Assembly (NCBI GenBank): GCA_965231145.1
Contig: OZ246420.1
Coordinates: 720,001 to 752,000, forward strand
Length of the DNA: 32,000 nucleotides
Source of the DNA: Candidatus Saccharimonadota bacterium
GTDB taxonomy: Bacteria > Patescibacteriota > Gracilibacteria > Absconditabacterales > Absconditicoccaceae
Direction of reading: 5' to 3'
The translations under genes were made by a program, and so were the position numbers. The notes under the pieces are model-generated. The model was not told the origin of the DNA and did not search any database. It saw only the letters and a list, made by a program, of their open reading frames with translations. Of this stretch, positions 20,913 to 29,951 are shown in pieces. The stretch's first letter is position 1; every line of letters begins with the position of its first letter.

Positions 20913-23900
20913 CTAATCCCACTTTTTCAAAATAGTTTCTACATCTTCCTTCAGCGTTTCAGCTAACGGAACTTTACTTATCGCCTCTCTAATTGCTGAT
21001 TTAATAATACTCTTTTCAGAAAAAGGAAATTCAATCTTACTGAGAAAGAGGACAAAGAAATCTAGATATTTTGCTAAATTTTTAGAAACATTCACATTGA
21101 TTATAAGAGCAGTAAAAACACTTATAGCTGCTTCGTAATTCTTAAAAAACTTGAATTTAGATATTATTTCTTCATGGGAATATCTCTCTTGATTTAGAAT
21201 ATTAATAATCACATCTACACTATATAGGGTATTTTTATAATTCTCCATTATTAAAAGAGCTAGGCACTCATCGTGCTTTTCCTTAGTTATGATACTATGT
21301 TCAAACAGCAGGGTAATAATTGTATTAATCGAAGTTGATTGAACCTTAAATTCTTGGAGGGCAATCAGAGAAAGGACCTCGTCATCTGCATAAAAATAAG
21401 CTCCAGTTTGTTGAGCATACATCATAACATCTAAGTATTCTACCCCTAGTATTTCTTTTAATCTTTCGTTTTTAACAATAATACTAGATACCATAGGCGA
21501 AAGTTCACAGGCGTTTTCAATAAATTGTTTAATTTCTAATAGCACTTGTTGTTTTTGTTTATATTCTTCTTCTGTATGCTCGTGTTGTGCATATTGTCAT
21601 TCGCCAGTCTTATAAAAGGATATGTGCTTTCATCATAAATGCTTTTCCTCCAAAATATCTCAATTGAGCTTATCAAGCGTTGACTGCAACACTACTTTAG
21701 AAATAGGCAACTTGTTAAAGCACTCTAAAAGTCCCAGTTTATGTAAAGTTATTATAGCAGTAATATCTATGACGACACTTCATATTTTTAATAAATCCTT
21801 TTGTACACCTCATAATACTCTAATTCATCACAATGAAGTAATTGCATAGTAAGCTTCTACTATATTCATATTTCTATTTTCTGCTAGGAAGGACAATGTA
21901 ATTTTACCTTCATTATATAATTTTAATAGCTCCTGTCCTTGTTCATAATTAGCATCTGCAGTGGCATTCATTTGTTCTAGCATATTCTTTATACTGTTTT
22001 CATCATTCTCATCTATAGTAAGCATCTTTACTGCACTCTTATCTCAGAATTTTATTTCTGAACTGCTTAAAACATAATGATACGCATATAAAAACTTACT
22101 TTTAATATTTTTAACCTTTCACTTTCTCGTTCAACTCAAAGCAATCTCATCTCACTCTTTAGCATCTTTAATTAAGCTATATAAGTTATCTGAGGTTTTT
22201 AATATTTCAACTCCGGGTAGTCATACGATATCACTTTGAATAATATAGCGAGCAGTAGAGCCGTTCTCTTCAAGCTCAAAGTAAACCCCCTCAGCTATTG
22301 TGTTCTGATGTAATATGAATGAGAGTTTGCCTTGCTTATCATTGTTTATTACCATCATATAAAGATTATAAGCATCTTGTTCTGAAACATTATCACATAA
22401 GTATTCATAAGCCATTTTTAATGCTTTTTCTCCATATCATAAAGAAATTAAGATTTCAGCGTAGGTTCTTATATTACTTCTATAAATTTTACCATATTCA
22501 TCACTTTCTTGACAATATTTATCTACTTCCTTTAATCTTTTTTCATCTTGTGTTAAATATTTTAAGTGATTTAATCGTAGTAATGAATTAGGGTCATTAG
22601 TCAGTTTTACTAAATTCTCACAGTTTATAATTGCGTTTTTATAATCTCTAATGTTTTGGTAAATCTCAGTTTTCATTATAAGAACATCCTTATCTATGCC
22701 ATATACTTTTATATAATCATCACAAAAAGAAATTAGTTTTGAAGCTTCTATATCATTTCTTTCTCCTGCTTTGATAATATTTTTAAGGGTGTCTAGATTA
22801 TTATTTAATGGAAATAGCTTTTCATAAATCTTATACGCTTCTTTGTTATAATTTAATGTAAGTAACATTTCTCATGTATAATATAATTCCCACAGAGGAA
22901 GGGTATCTATTTGGGAAATTATATTTTTAACAAGTCAATCAACATCTATTTTTATGCCCATTTTCACTATATCTCATTCGCTTATGCAGGCTAGTAATGT
23001 AATTTTATCTTTTATCGATGTAGAGTTAATCATCTCATCTAACATGGATTTTGCCAATGTTTCATATCAAGCGGTCCTCAAATAGAATTCTAAAAGAGTA
23101 TATTTTACTTTATGGGTATCTTCTTCATTTTCGGGATTTAATGCTAACAATATTTTCTCTGCTTTTTCTATATTTCAAATTTGTGCATAGGTTCTAGCTG
23201 CAATTAATGTGGTTTGAACATCTGATAAGTCCTCCTTAATCATGCCTAAAACTTCTTCAGCGGGTTTGCCAGATATTAAAGCCATCCAAATTTGATTAGT
23301 ATGAGTAGTAGTTAATTCCTTTTTGCCAATTCCTCGTTTTTGTCAGCTATTTATTATCAAATCAAATATTTGTAGTGCTTTATCTTTTTCACCTAGAGAA
23401 AAATTGACCAACGCATTATTCATCAATCGATAAATAAATATGGATTTAAATTTAGAACCATAGATATTATCCCATAGTTCAGAATAGACTGATTGTAGCC
23501 ATATTAACTCCTTCTTATCCTCTGCAGTTAGTAAATATGTTCCTTTTTCTATTTTCTTATTTTTCTCAAATTTACTTAATTTAATATCAGCTATTTTACT
23601 AACACAGTATAAAGTCTTTTTAGGGTTCTTTTTCATGATTTCTTCAAAAATACTTATTGCTTTATCTTCTATTCACTGTTGCATTGCTATAAGTCCCAAA
23701 GTCATGTTTATTGCTTCGTTTGATGCTATATGGGTAGGAATATTTTTATATATTTCCTCAAAATTACCTGATTTCCCCTCAATTACTATCTTATAATTAT
23801 ATGCTGGTAATACTTTGGGATTAGATTTTAAAATCTCATCTAAAGAAGTTATTGCTTGTTCATCAGATATTTTTTTATCTAACCATTCAATATAAATCTT

Positions 23901-24674
23901 TACTGTTTGTGAGTATTCTGGTCCGTAATTCACGTCACTCGCTTTTTTAAGCCATTTGACAACCTCTTCTTCGTTATGAATATTTCAAAAGAACCTGACA
24001 TTTAATAAGTAGAATTTGAACCTTACTTCTACATTAGAACCTTCTACTAAAGGTATAAGAGCATCTCTTAATACAGCAAACTCATCTAAACGATACGAAT
24101 ATATTAAGTCGTTTGCTATATTGTCTATAATGTCAATCAGATACTTATCATCTGGCTTTTTAAAACTTTCTTGTATACTTTTTAATATTTTCGTGTGTTC
24201 ATTTAATGTTTCCTCTGTTTTATCTGTAAAATATCTATTTATAATATCTTGCCCATCTGGCAATGAAAATAATCTGTTCCAATCATTGTACCACACCAAC
24301 TCAATGCCTGCCTGTTCAGCATTTTGATGAATAGTATCCTTGAGTGGATTATCTGCCCAAACTAAATGAGAAAATATATAAATTTTAGTTAATTCATATT
24401 CTCCGCTTATTTTTCTATCTATCGCATTTTGAATGGATTTTGCTATTTGCCTATAATGGTCATAACTTACACTTGTTAATGCTTCAAAAAATTTAGCTTG
24501 AAATCATATTCATCTAACTGCTTTAGTTTCAATTCAGGCATAGTTAAAAAAATGTTCTATCGGCTCTACAATATTACATTCTCTACGAAAAACTTCTTCA
24601 CATAATTGTTCAAAAGCAGTTGTAGTATCAGAATGAATAACTTGAAATATCTTCCAATCTATTAAATTAGGCAT
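20913..24674 (-). CDS. Giant TPR/alpha-solenoid protein (1253 aa) with an N-terminal PD-(D/E)xK-like motif and a C-terminal PIN-like region
   Basis: Track ORFs 20913..21545, 21828..22025, 22221..22415, 22437..22868, 23343..23636, 23673..23933 and 23985..24299 all share one frame. I read every intervening triplet and they are linked only by TGA codons. ATG 24672-24674, stop 20913-20915. N-terminus WKIFQVIHSDTTTAFEQLCEEVF...YAGIETKAVRGIGFQAKFF. C-terminus GSVVIDITAIITLHKLGLL...AYFYADDEVL. Confidence 0.7.
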
Positions 24675-24849
24675 CTTCTTCTAAAGCTAATGAATAAAGC
24701 TTGTAATAATATATTTAAAATAATTGGTATTCACAAGTCTTAAAATCTGTGTGCAAAAGTATATGAAAACCTTTTATCATATTAAATAAAGAATTAGTAA
24801 TTTGAAGCTACTAATTCTTCAATCGTCAAATAATTGTTAAGTACGCTTT

Positions 24850-24868
24850 GCACAAATTCTACATATAT
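24850..24868 (+). repeat. 19-nt motif GCACAAATT-N3-CATATAT, copy 1
   Basis: 16 of 19 positions identical to copy 2 at 25096..25114. Both copies lie in the 700-bp non-coding gap upstream of the giant ORF. Confidence 0.4.
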
Positions 24869-25095
24869 AAATATGCGTTCTCGAGTAAGTGTCCAAAAAC
24901 TAGAAATATCATCAATGAAGAGAAATAAGAGTTGGATAAATACTTTTGATTGCTTTTATAGTTTGCTAAATTAGTGGATTTGGACAAAAAAGTTCTCTAC
25001 GGAAGTATGTGAAAATCATACACTCATTTATAGTCTTAAATCTCAATATATACCTAACTTTTCATCATTTAAAGAAAAAATAAATACTCCGTTTC

Positions 25096-25114
25096 GCACA
25101 AATTTCGCATATAT
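25096..25114 (+). repeat. 19-nt motif GCACAAATT-N3-CATATAT, copy 2
   Basis: See copy 1 at 24850..24868. Confidence 0.4.
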
Positions 25115-25155
25115 TTCCTCTAAAAGTTATATAATATAGATTTGAGTTTGATTTT

Positions 25156-25311
25156 GGCTTACAAAACCTTATTTTCACTGGTGCAACATCATTACATATT
25201 AACCACACAATCCTCTAGTAATAGAGGGACGGTTTGCGATTTTCTCCGCTTACTGTCCTCACGGGCGTGTGGTGTAATGGTGTTGCAACCTGAGAGGTCG
25301 TAAGCCGTCCC
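25156..25311 (+). ncRNA. Candidate structured RNA of unknown class (about 155 nt)
   Basis: The most G+C-rich non-tRNA patch in the island. Nested helices: ggcttac (25156-62)/gtaagcc (25300-06); ggtgcaacatcattac (25180-95) plus accacac (25202-08) pairing with gtgtggt-gtaatggtgttgcaacc (25267-90), with one bulge and one U-G pair that favours the + strand; hairpin cctcta-GTAA-tagagg (25212-27), a GNRA loop. gggacgg (25226-32) is complementary to ccgtccc (25305-11), giving a pseudoknot or an alternative pairing. Confidence 0.4.
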
Positions 25312-25340
25312 ATTATTATTTCTACATTGAGCTTATGACT

Positions 25341-25368
25341 GAAGGATAATCATATACCTTCTTTTTTT
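25341..25368 (+). terminator. Weak terminator-like hairpin plus T-run between the structured RNA and the 25387 gene
   Basis: gaagg-N11-ccttc followed by tttttttatttttt. An A-tract and the ATG come next. Confidence 0.3.
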
Positions 25369-25386
25369 ATTTTTTCAAAAAAAACC

Positions 25387-25854
25387 ATGAAAAAATGGCT
25401 TTATGTAGTGGCGATAATTCTTCTAATCGGCGTACTTTGAGGAACATACTACTATGTTCAACTCGACAATAAATCTTCTAATAATCCGGATATTGAAATG
25501 TGTAAAAATGAAGTGATGAGTGTTTTAAAATCGCCCTCAACGGCAGTTTTTGGAACATTTGATACTACAACTGACAATATTGCATCATACGTAAGATGAG
25601 AAGTAGATAGTCAAAACACATTTTGAGGTGTTTTAAGAATGAAGTTTGTATGCGTAATTAATTGATTTGATGTCAGAATAGTAAGTTCTGAAGGAGATAG
25701 AGATGAAATAAACGAATTAGAAATACTCAATAGCTATATTTTCAATAATACTATACCTACTGGCACAAGAGCAGAAATATATACGCAGTACATGAAAGAT
25801 ATCGCAGAAATAAATCTTAAATATTATGAATGAACTAAGGACTTACTTCCATAA
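25387..25854 (+). CDS. Signal-anchored small protein (155 aa) carrying the PSTA.F...DSQN.FG...R.KF.C domain
   Basis: ATG 25387, TAA 25852-25854. N-terminal TM WLYVVAIILLIGVL. The segment MSVLKSPSTAVFGTF...VDSQNTFGGVLRMKFVCV is homologous to the C-terminus of the 5591..6874 product. Confidence 0.7.
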
Positions 25855-25946
25855 GTATTGACATTTTCACGTTTGAAACACAGATGTCATTGAAACAAAG
25901 GTGTTCTAAATATAAATAGATGTCATTCATATTTTAATATTATCTT

Positions 25947-26138
25947 ATGAAAGCCATTCAACCTATAACGGTTGAACTCGCTAGGGATATGGTGTGACAT
26001 TTAGTCAGTGAAAATTGTGAAGATACGGAGTTACTCGAGTTCATTAATAATTGTAAAAGGATAGCAAATATCTTGATTGATTATGCTGAAGAAAATATTT
26101 TAAAAGATTTACCATCTTACGAAGAAAAAGATGAGTAA
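25947..26138 (+). CDS. Small acidic protein (63 aa) whose stop overlaps the recombinase 3 start
   Basis: ATG 25947, TAA 26136-26138, overlapping ATG 26131 of the recombinase. Related to the 17360..17527 product. Confidence 0.5.
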
Positions 26139-27750
26139 AAAAGCAGTAGTATATACAAGAATATCTTCAACCACTCAAGAGAGTTGAGGTTGATTAGGTA
26201 GCCAAGAAACGTCTTGCAGACAATATTGCGAAAGAAAAGGTTATGAAGTAATAGAGGTTTTCCAAGATGTATTCTCATGAGGAGAACTTAACAGACCTTG
26301 AATAAAGGCTATGTTCAATTTTATTGATGACTATAATCGCAAAAATACGGAAAAAATTAGTGTGTTTGTTACTCATAGTATTAATAGAATAGCTAGAGAT
26401 TATAAGGTACATCTTGAGCTTACTACAGAATTATTAATGAGAAAAGTAAACTATGAAACTGTAGATATGACCTTCGAGCGTACTCCCATGGGTAAATACA
26501 TGGAATGAATGATGGCGTTGAATGCTGAATTCTTTAGAACAGAAAATAAAGAAAGAGTTATCTCTAGACAGGAAGCTAGATTATTAGATGGTTATCGACC
26601 ATTTGACCATCCTACCGGATATAGAACTACCTATGCTCTCGGTGGATGAAAATTACTTATTGCAGATGAACCTAATGCTTCAATTATTAAAGAAGCCCTT
26701 GAAGGATATGCAAATGATATATTTAATAGTATAGATGAGGTAGCTAAATTTTTACAGCAAAAGGGCTTAAATTTATATAGAATTAGAAACAAGAAAAGAG
26801 AATGAAAATATAATTATGTTCATAAATCATTGGCATGAAGAATGCTAAAGCAAATTTTATATACCGGTTATATCGCATATAATAAGGTTACTTTCGATAA
26901 AAACTGATTAATAAAGAAAGAATGGAACATTCCATTGAGGAAAGGTAGGCATGAGTGAATTATCGACTTATCGACATATTATAAAATTCAGGAAAAACTA
27001 AATGGAAAAAGACCTTATGAAAAGGAAACTAAAGCTATAAACGAGAATTTCCCTTTAAGGTGATATATTGAGTGTGATTGTTGTAATCTAAAATTTAGTT
27101 CGGGCTTATCAAGAAGCAAAAATAGAAAACAAGTCCCTTATTATCAATACAATAAAGGATGTATACATAAGGGGAAATCTATTAATGCAAATAAATTGCA
27201 CACAGACTTTGATAACCTAATTCAAGATAGTCAAATAAATGATGAATTTCTTAATTTTATGAAACTAGTAATAGCATCCGAATATGAACAAAGGAAAATA
27301 GACAAAAAACAAAATAAACAGAGTTTTGAAAAAGAGGTAAAATCTATAGATAATCAGGTGAATAATTTAGTTAATAGTCTTGCTTCTTCATCTTCTAATC
27401 TCGCAAGAACAAGAATTGAGCAAAAAATAGACGAGTTAGAAATGAGAAAGGTTAATATTAATGAGCAAATGAGTGAGGATAATAGTGAAGAATTAAGTAG
27501 CAAAGTAATAGAAATAGCGTGCTCTATTATAGAAGACCCATATTATATATGGAAAGATGGCAATATATCACAAAAACAATCTCTATTAAATATATTGTTC
27601 AGAAAAAAAATCCCAGTCAATAAAATGACCGGAACTTTCTGAACACTACCTTTTAGTAGTTTCTACCTGTTTTCTAGCAATATTTCAAAAGATAAGTTTC
27701 AACATTTGGAGGTGACGAGACTCGAACTCGTGTCTAAAAGTCATGCATAG
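26131..27750 (+). CDS. Large serine recombinase (539 aa) whose 3' end overlaps the tmRNA gene antisense
   Basis: Motifs VVYTRISSTTQES (catalytic Ser), FS-G-GELNRP-G-I, Zn ribbon CDCCN...YYQYNKGC, and coiled coil (track ORF 27196..27642). Under table 25 the TGA at 27640-27642 is Gly. The frame then runs on as ...TLPFSSFYLFSSNISKDKFQHLEVTRLELVSKSHA to TAG 27748-27750. Confidence 0.85.
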
Positions 27751-28056
27751 ATCCTTACTACCATCATAGTCTGTGAATTTCTCCCGGAGGCTATCTGAGC
27801 CCGCGACAGGCATCGATACTTTAATATATGTTTTAAGCCCACATAATCGGCTGGTTTTCCTGCTCATCACTCGGGCCTAGCAGGAGTCAGGGGCCGAGTT
27901 TAGGCTTTAACTACGCAGCATATGCGTAATTGAAAGCTGACAATCTCATGTTAGAGTTTGCATGTTTTGGTGAACGATTATTTTATCCTCGGTACGTTCG
28001 TCGAGCGATGGCTAGATATACACATGGGGTACTTCTATCAATACCAGCACACCCCC
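27707..28056 (-). ncRNA. ssrA: tmRNA (transfer-messenger RNA)
   Basis: 5' GGGGGTGTGCTGGTATTGATAG pairs with 3' CACCTCC-A, giving a G3-U70 Ala identity pair. T-arm is ACGAG-TTCGAGT-CTCGT. Internal tag frame GCA AAC TCT AAC ATG AGA TTG TCA GCT TTC AAT TAC GCA TAT GCT GCG TAG (27961..27911). CCA is not encoded. Confidence 0.9.
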
Positions 28057-28117
28057 ATATATAATATACGAATTATACTTATTTCTGTGACGATTTACCA
28101 GTGTATTATAGTATCTG

Positions 28118-28447
28118 CTAAGCCATAGCAAGCTGTTTTACTCTTTTGGGAATAGCAGCCAATTTTTTGCTTTCTTCTTTATCTAAGCTTAGCTGGTAGA
28201 CATCATACATATTTTGTAATCCTATCCATACTTGTGCGGAAGTGCCAAATGCGGCTCACACACGGGAAGCAATCCTTGGGGTAACGTTTCTACGTTCCTT
28301 GAGGATATTATTTAATTCTGACTTATCAATTCCCAAAATGTCAGCAAATTGTTTCTGTGATCGTCCTCTTGCTGCAATTTCTTCACGTATGTATTCACCT
28401 GGGTGAAAAGCCATAGGCACTCTGCTATTACGCATGATAATAATCAT
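28118..28447 (-). CDS. higA: HigA-type antitoxin (XRE-family HTH)
   Basis: Extends track ORF 28256..28447 through one TGA: ...AFHPGEYIREEIAARGRSQKQFADILGIDKSELNNILKERRNVTPRIASRV-G-AAFGTSAQVWIGLQNMYDVYQ...; TAG at 28118-28120. Confidence 0.85.
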
Positions 28448-28461
28448 TAATGATAAAAACT

Positions 28462-28764
28462 TTATTGATAGTGATTATTAATCTCTATTATTCATACAAC
28501 CTGTATCTCTTTGATTTGATTAACTGTGAATATTAATCTTCGAGCCTTATTTAGTCTGACACTTTGCTGACCATCACGATCACCATTAAGCTTTTCACAA
28601 TGCAGGCCACCGATAGCATATGCATCTCTTATATCAGATGCCTTTATAAAAAAGTTTATCCATTTGATATAACTTCTGATAATGTCAGGATGAAATCTTT
28701 TAGACTTTCATTCCCGATATAGTTCCTCTAGCTTAGGATCATGAAAAATCACCTGCATGGGCAT
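28462..28764 (-). CDS. higB: HigB/RelE-type toxin (plasmid maintenance system killer, 100 aa)
   Basis: ATG 28762-28764, TAA 28462-28464, 2 TGA-Gly. MPMQVIFHDPKLEELY...GGLHCEKLNGDRDGQQSVRLNKARRLIF fits the HigB pattern. It lies immediately upstream of higA. Confidence 0.8.
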
Positions 28765-28813
28765 TTTTTTATTTGTAAAATAATATTTTTGTTTTTGCAC
28801 TTATCAAATGAAG

Positions 28814-28871
28814 GTTTTCAGAATACTCAACTTTTCATAAAAATCAAGAAAAAGTTGAGAGTTTTGAAAAC
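28814..28871. repeat. Long imperfect inverted repeat (22-nt arms, 19 of 22 matching, about 13-nt loop)
   Basis: gttttcagaatactcaactttt ... aaaagttgagagttttgaaaac, located between tRNA-Leu and the higBA start. Confidence 0.5.
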
Positions 28872-28993
28872 TATTATCTCTGTGTAATATTATCAAATAG
28901 AAGTATATTCTTATATAAAAAATCCGCCTCAAAGAGCGAATTATTCGTAGGTAATATTTTTTACTTTATGAACTTTCTACGTTATAAACTCTA

Positions 28994-29078
28994 TGGTACC
29001 GGAGAAGGGACTCGAACCCTCACATCTTGCGACATACGCACCTGAAGCGTACGTGTCTACCAATTCCACCACCCCGGC
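28994..29078 (-). tRNA. tRNA-Leu (anticodon CAG), class II with a long variable arm, CCA encoded
   Basis: The reverse complement GCCGGGGTGGTGGAATTGGTAGACACGTACGCTTCAGGTGCGTATGTCGCAAGATGTGAGGGTTCGAGTCCCTTCTCCGGTACCA closely parallels E. coli tRNA-Leu(CAG). Anticodon loop is TT-CAG-GT. Confidence 0.95.
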
Positions 29079-29186
29079 TTATATTAATTAACAATTATTA
29101 ATGTACAATTAATAATCGGCATAATATATGCTTTCTATGAGTATTTTCAATCTTAGATAGACAAATACTAACTTACTATAATTGCT

Positions 29187-29756
29187 CTACACTTTTAGTG
29201 ACCCACGGAAACCTCTTGCAGCATAGTATGACTCTGCACCATTGTGATAGGTGAACACCATATCATAGCGACGATCACAAAAGATGGCACCGCCAAGTTT
29301 TCTAATATCTGAAGGCGTCTTTACCCAACTTGATGTTTTTGTATCAAACTCCCCTAGCGTCTGGAGCTCTCTATACTGCTCTTCTGTTAGTATTTCAATA
29401 CCCATGCCCGTCGCCACATCCAGAGCATTATCTTTTGGCTTATGCTCTTTTCTCGACTGCCATGCCGCGCGATCATAACACAAACTTCTGCGTCCCTTCG
29501 GAGACTCTTCTGCACAGTCAAAAAATACATATTCATTTTTCTTTTTATCGTATCCTACGACATCTGGCTCTCCGCCAGACGCTTCCATCTCATGAAGCGA
29601 CCACAGCTTTTCAGGATGAGACTCCAGCTTTTTTTCTATCTTTTCCCATACAAGGCCTTTATGACGACTCATATTTTCCTCAAAACGGTCTTTCAATGCG
29701 CTCAGTAATTTTCCTTTCTGCTGTTGTGATAGCTCTTTTTGATTTTGCTTTGACAT
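29187..29756 (-). CDS. DUF4256-family protein (189 aa)
   Basis: Uninterrupted track ORF. The motif LWSLHEMEASGGEPDVVGYD matches what I remember of DUF4256. No TGA codon. Stop is TAG. Confidence 0.85.
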   Translation of the reverse strand: MSKQNQKELSQQQKGKLLSALKDRFEENMSRHKGLVWEKIEKKLESHPEKLWSLHEMEASGGEPDVVGYDKKKNEYVFFDCAEESPKGRRSLCYDRAAWQSRKEHKPKDNALDVATGMGIEILTEEQYRELQTLGEFDTKTSSWVKTPSDIRKLGGAIFCDRRYDMVFTYHNGAESYYAARGFRGSLKV

Positions 29757-29951
29757 AATATGCTACTTAAGGCATAAAGAATTGGTTTTAAGCTACTCAA
29801 TAAAGCAATATTTTTCAAGCGATTTTACTATGTCTTATAAAAAGTCTATTTACCAGACGCGATACAACATAAGGTAAAGTCTTGTAATAAAATTACAAAA
29901 TACTATATTGACTCAACAAAATAACTCGCCTCTTTATCTTCTTCTAAAATC

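Larger units (their letters stand above)
4797..27750. mobile_element. Composite integrative island (probably two or three tandem or nested elements) abutting the ssrA 3' end
   Basis: Three co-oriented large serine recombinase genes, an RCR Rep gene, a resistance operon and defence-like cargo. The last recombinase directly overlaps the tmRNA 3' end. DNA to the right of ssrA is visibly richer in G+C. The left boundary is uncertain, and the defence cluster at 459-4741 may also belong to the island. Confidence 0.45.

Noticed and set aside
25261-25311. tRNA-like fragment suggested by GGTGTAATGGT (D-loop-like)
   Set aside because: It has no T-loop (TTCRANY), and no acceptor or anticodon arms can be drawn. 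The segment pairs instead with 25180-25208 as part of a larger fold.
28994-29078. Possibility that this tRNA is the TGA-decoding tRNA-Gly(UCA), because TCA occurs in the anticodon loop region (cTTCAGg)
   Set aside because: With the 5-bp anticodon stem TACGC/GCGTA the 7-nt loop is TTCAGGT, which gives anticodon CAG. The long variable arm and overall similarity to E. coli tRNA-Leu(CAG) confirm Leu.
29284-29758. Plus-strand track ORFs overlapping the DUF4256 gene
   Set aside because: They are antisense shadows of a conserved 189-aa ORF and show no motifs.
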